Source of the DNA: Eledone cirrhosa
Taxonomy: Eukaryota
NCBI GenBank assembly: GCA_964016885.1
Contig: OZ024742.1
Coordinates: forward strand, 290,966,001-291,030,000
Direction: 5' to 3'
Length of the DNA stretch: 64,000 nt
Below the pieces are notes generated by a model. The model saw only the letters and a program-made list of their open reading frames with translations. It was not told the DNA's origin and made no database searches. A program made the position numbers and the translations under genes. Positions 60,662 through 64,000 of this stretch are shown one piece after another. Positions within the stretch are counted from its first letter, which is position 1; each line of letters begins with the position of its first letter.

Positions 60662-62215
60662 CAGAGAAGAAATTCAAAACTTGGAAGCAGGAACTAGAAA
60701 GAAAGGGTCTCAAAGTCAACCTGACAAAGACTAAGGTCCTTGTAAGTAGACGAGAAAACAGAACCCAGATCCCCTCAGGGAAATGGGTACACAAGAGATG
60801 TAGCGGGATCTCAGGAAGCTTAACTAAGAATGTAGGCTTCACATGTAGCAGCTGTGCTGGGACAGCAAGCAGCAAACAGCCACAGGAAACAAGTACCACC
60901 AAACTCTGGGAGGGCTCTGTAGAAACAGTAGACAGCTTCTGCTACCTAGGTGATCAAATTAGCAGCGGAGGTGGGTGTTCAGAAAGTACAATAACTAGGG
61001 TAAGAACGGGATGGAAGAAGTTCAGGGAGCTACTGCCACTGCTAGCTGCAAAAGGCTTTTTCCTTCAAAATGAAAGGCAGACTGTATGATGCGTGTATAT
61101 GAACAGCAATGTTACATAGTAGTGAGACCTGGGCGCTGTCTGTGGAAGACTTGCGTAGATTAGAAAGAAACGAAGCCTGCATGCTCCGATGGATGTGTAA
61201 TAGTAATATACACGAATGGCAAAGCATAAATGAATTGAGTGAGAGACTGAGCATAAGAAGAATTTAAGGCTGTGTGCAGGAGAGGCGGTTGCGTTGATAT
61301 GGACATGTGATGTGTATGAAGGATGATAGCTGTTTAGCAGCATGGATTATAAATGTTATTGAGACACGAGTAACATAATAATGATGTCAACAGCAGAAAT
61401 TAGAGATGAAATGTATGTTTATTTTTGTTGTAGCACAAATAATGTTTGTTAACTCGTATGGTTGAAGTTACACATAAAATGAGGTTACAAAAGGGAATGT
61501 GCCATTGCGCCGGAAAGCCGGCAGGCCAAGGTGCAAAATCTCACCGTCACATGTACGTGTTGCTGGTTCGAAGTTCCTGGTGCGAGAGAGAAATTCTTCA
61601 AATCTTCGCGGGTAATTTCTCCCTCAGGACGCGTAGGGATACATCCTCTTCTACTGGCGCTGATTGGCTGAGCCAAATCATGCACAGAGAATGTATGTGA
61701 GCCCGCGGAATGTAGGTCACTACAGCTGCATAAAAAGGTACAGAGCACTAGAAGTCGATGGAAACTGCGGAGTGGGGAGACCCAAGAAGATCTGGGTGAT
61801 AAAAATTGACCTTACCCAATTACACCTCTCAAAGGCGATGACATGACCATGACCTCTGGCGTCACATAGTAATACAGAAGACCCGACCCCCCACGGGTAA
61901 AAGCCGAAGCTGAAGCATATAGACAATATGCCCCCACACCCTCCCACTGCAAAGTGGTCGTGGAGGTGCCATTGCAAAAAAGCACCCAGCCCACACTGAA
62001 AAATGGACGTGTAGGCGCCACGGATAAAAGCACCCAGCACTCAGTGTAAATGATGTTGGTGTTAGTAAGGGCATCTAGCTGTAGAAATCAAGCCAGAATC
62101 AGTTCCCGTATGAGCAAGACATGGTCAACCGACCGGACACTGCCCACAACAGGACAACCCATCTAACCCATGCTAACATGGAAGAACGGACGTAAAACTG
62201 TGATGATGATGATAT
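60662..62215 (+). mobile_element. RTE LINE 3' portion interrupted by a ~390-bp insertion (61333-61722)
   Basis: Reverse complement of 23620-24730. Sequence resumes at CAGCTGCATAAAAAGG after the insertion. Ends in a (GAT)n tail. Confidence 0.88.
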
Positions 62216-62399
62216 AGACATATATGTGTGTGTGTGTATGATGTGTGTGTATCATCATCATCATCATTGTTCACCTTAAGAAACTACCTCACACGAAGGA
62301 AATGATAAAAGAAAAAGACAAGTGGAGAGATGCTGTACTGTTCCTGCAAGCATGGAAAAATGGATGTAAAAACGATGATGATCTCTGCCATTATTGTTA

Positions 62400-62760
62400 T
62401 TTACCATGTTCCCAACAGAAATATTTTATTATGTTCCCAATAGAACTACTACTACCATACCATCCATACCATATTCCCAACTGAACAATTCCTACAGTTA
62501 TTCCTATTTACCATGTTCCCAATAGAAGGATTTCTACCATGTTCCCAATAGAAGGATTTCTACCATGTTCCCAATAGAAGGATTTCTACCATGTTCCCAA
62601 CAGAACTACTTCTACCATGTTTCCAATAGAACTATTTCCACCATGTTCTCAACAATTATTTCTACCATGTTCCCAACAGAACTACTCCTACCATGTTTCC
62701 AACGGGAACTATTTCTACCATTACTCCTGTTTACCACATTCCTATCAGAACTATTTCTAA
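62400..62760. repeat. Minisatellite, ~23-26 bp unit (CCATGTTCCCAATAGAAGGATTTCTA)
   Basis: About 12 imperfect copies ending ~55 bp before TXNDC16 exon 3. Confidence 0.88.
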
Positions 62761-62814
62761 TATGTTCTAAAGTTTGTTATCTCCATTGCTTATGTTTTCT
62801 CTTCATATTCCAAG

Positions 62815-62885
62815 ATCGACTGTTCTGCTGTCAAAGATGTTGAATGTAATGAACCAAAAGTGAACTCAAAGATATTTTTATTCAA
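62815..62885 (+). CDS. TXNDC16: TXNDC16-like coding exon 3
   Basis: Pyrimidine tract plus AAG acceptor, GTTAGT donor, phase 0 to 2. IDCSAVKDVECNEPKVNSKIFLF resembles VNC...YC...AYLF. Confidence 0.8.
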
Positions 62886-63166
62886 GTTAGTATGCCATAT
62901 CAGTTTGTAATCTAATTAGTTGATTGTATTTTATGAATTCCATAAGTATTTTTTCTTAATGTTTAGAATGACTGTTAATGATAAATGCTTCATTATTCAT
63001 AGATGTCAGCCCCAGGCTTAACAGAAAACATTAGAAGTGCTCAATACAACATTATATTGTAGATATGTAGAGTCCTGTATGTGTTTATCTCACATAAGCT
63101 AACACACACACATACATACACTCATTCACACTAACACACACACACACGCATACACGCATCTATCTA

Positions 63167-63230
<64 letters not shown>

Positions 63231-63413
63231 CATACTCAGGGAGAGAGAGATGTACCTATGTATATATATATATATATAGCACTGAATTGGCAGAGTATGA
63301 CAGCAAATTGACAGTCCTTAGAATGTTCTCTACATTCGAATCCCACCAAAGTCAATTTTGCTTTTCATCCTTTCAAAGGGTAATAAAATACCAGAAATAC
63401 GAGCCCTAGTATT

Positions 63414-63452
<39 letters not shown>

Positions 63453-63600
63453 AGGCTTTATATAAATATAGATAATAGAGAGATAGATAGATAGAGAGAG
63501 AGAGAGATATGTGAGCCTATGTACACACAAACACATATATGCACATAGACATGTACTTATGTATAAACGCAAATGAAAATTCTTCTGTTTGTTATTTCAG

Positions 63601-63675
63601 TGGTGATGAAATTTGGGCTGATGTTCCCCTTGTTAACATGTATGATGCTGATTCCATTGTATCGAATGCTTTGCT
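63601..63675 (+). CDS. TXNDC16: TXNDC16-like coding exon 4 (gene continues beyond the window)
   Basis: TTTCAG acceptor and GTAAGT donor, phase 2 to 2. GDEIWADVPLVNMYDADSIVSNAL resembles [24 protein letters not shown]. Confidence 0.82.
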
Positions 63676-63719
63676 GTAAGTAGCATTGATTTTAACTTTT
63701 ATATATACTGTAGCCCTTC

Positions 63720-64000
63720 GTGGTTTTACTGCCTGGAAAGAATGGAAGTGAGAATGGTCTGGTGGATGAGTGGAGTATCACAGAGAGGAAGAAAGACAAA
63801 CAATGAATTGTGGTGGATGATGGGAATAGAAATGGAATGAGATGGCTGGGTCATGTGTTGAAGAAGGATGAAAATGACTGGATGAAAGGAATAGAGCCAG
63901 TGAAGATGTTGAGAAGATAAATGGAATGAGATGGCTGGGTCAGAAGAATGAAAGTAACTGGGTGAGAGGACTAGAGCCAGTGAAGTATGTGAAGCGAAAT
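63720..64000 (+). mobile_element. RTE-like fragment with local tandem duplication
   Basis: MRWLGHVLKKDE motif. AAATGGAATGAGATGGCTGGGTCA is repeated twice. Confidence 0.55.

Overview
AT-rich, intron-containing eukaryotic (metazoan) genomic DNA, dense in microsatellites and transposons. The repeat landscape (tRNA-derived SINEs, RTE, CR1, Tx1-like and CRE-like LINEs, Helitrons, TTAA MITEs) looks like a cephalopod, probably Octopus; this is an inference. Three host genes are supported, all on the + strand. (1) The last two coding exons of a PARP14/15-like mono-ADP-ribosyltransferase (824-1001 + 6906-7168), whose last intron is mostly a degenerate Helitron. (2) A complete, single-exon ABCE1/RLI1 ORF (15664-17490). 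(3) The first four coding exons of a TXNDC16/ERp90-like ER thioredoxin-family gene (53951-63675, continuing past the window). The rest is mostly mobile DNA: a near full-length CR1 LINE, a Tx1-like LINE, RTE LINEs with a PHD-like finger inside the RT ORF, CRE-like fragments, a small non-autonomous LTR element with a tRNA-Trp primer site, a Tc1/mariner relic, several MITEs, tandem non-autonomous Helitrons and minisatellites. I found no convincing new multi-gene system. The best leads are the intronless ABCE1, a ~185-bp tail-to-tail SINE inverted repeat in the TXNDC16 intron (candidate ADAR substrate), the RTE-embedded PHD finger, a hairpin enclosing the LTR polypurine tract, and a 29-bp pre-miRNA-like hairpin. 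Repeat boundaries are by eye and approximate.
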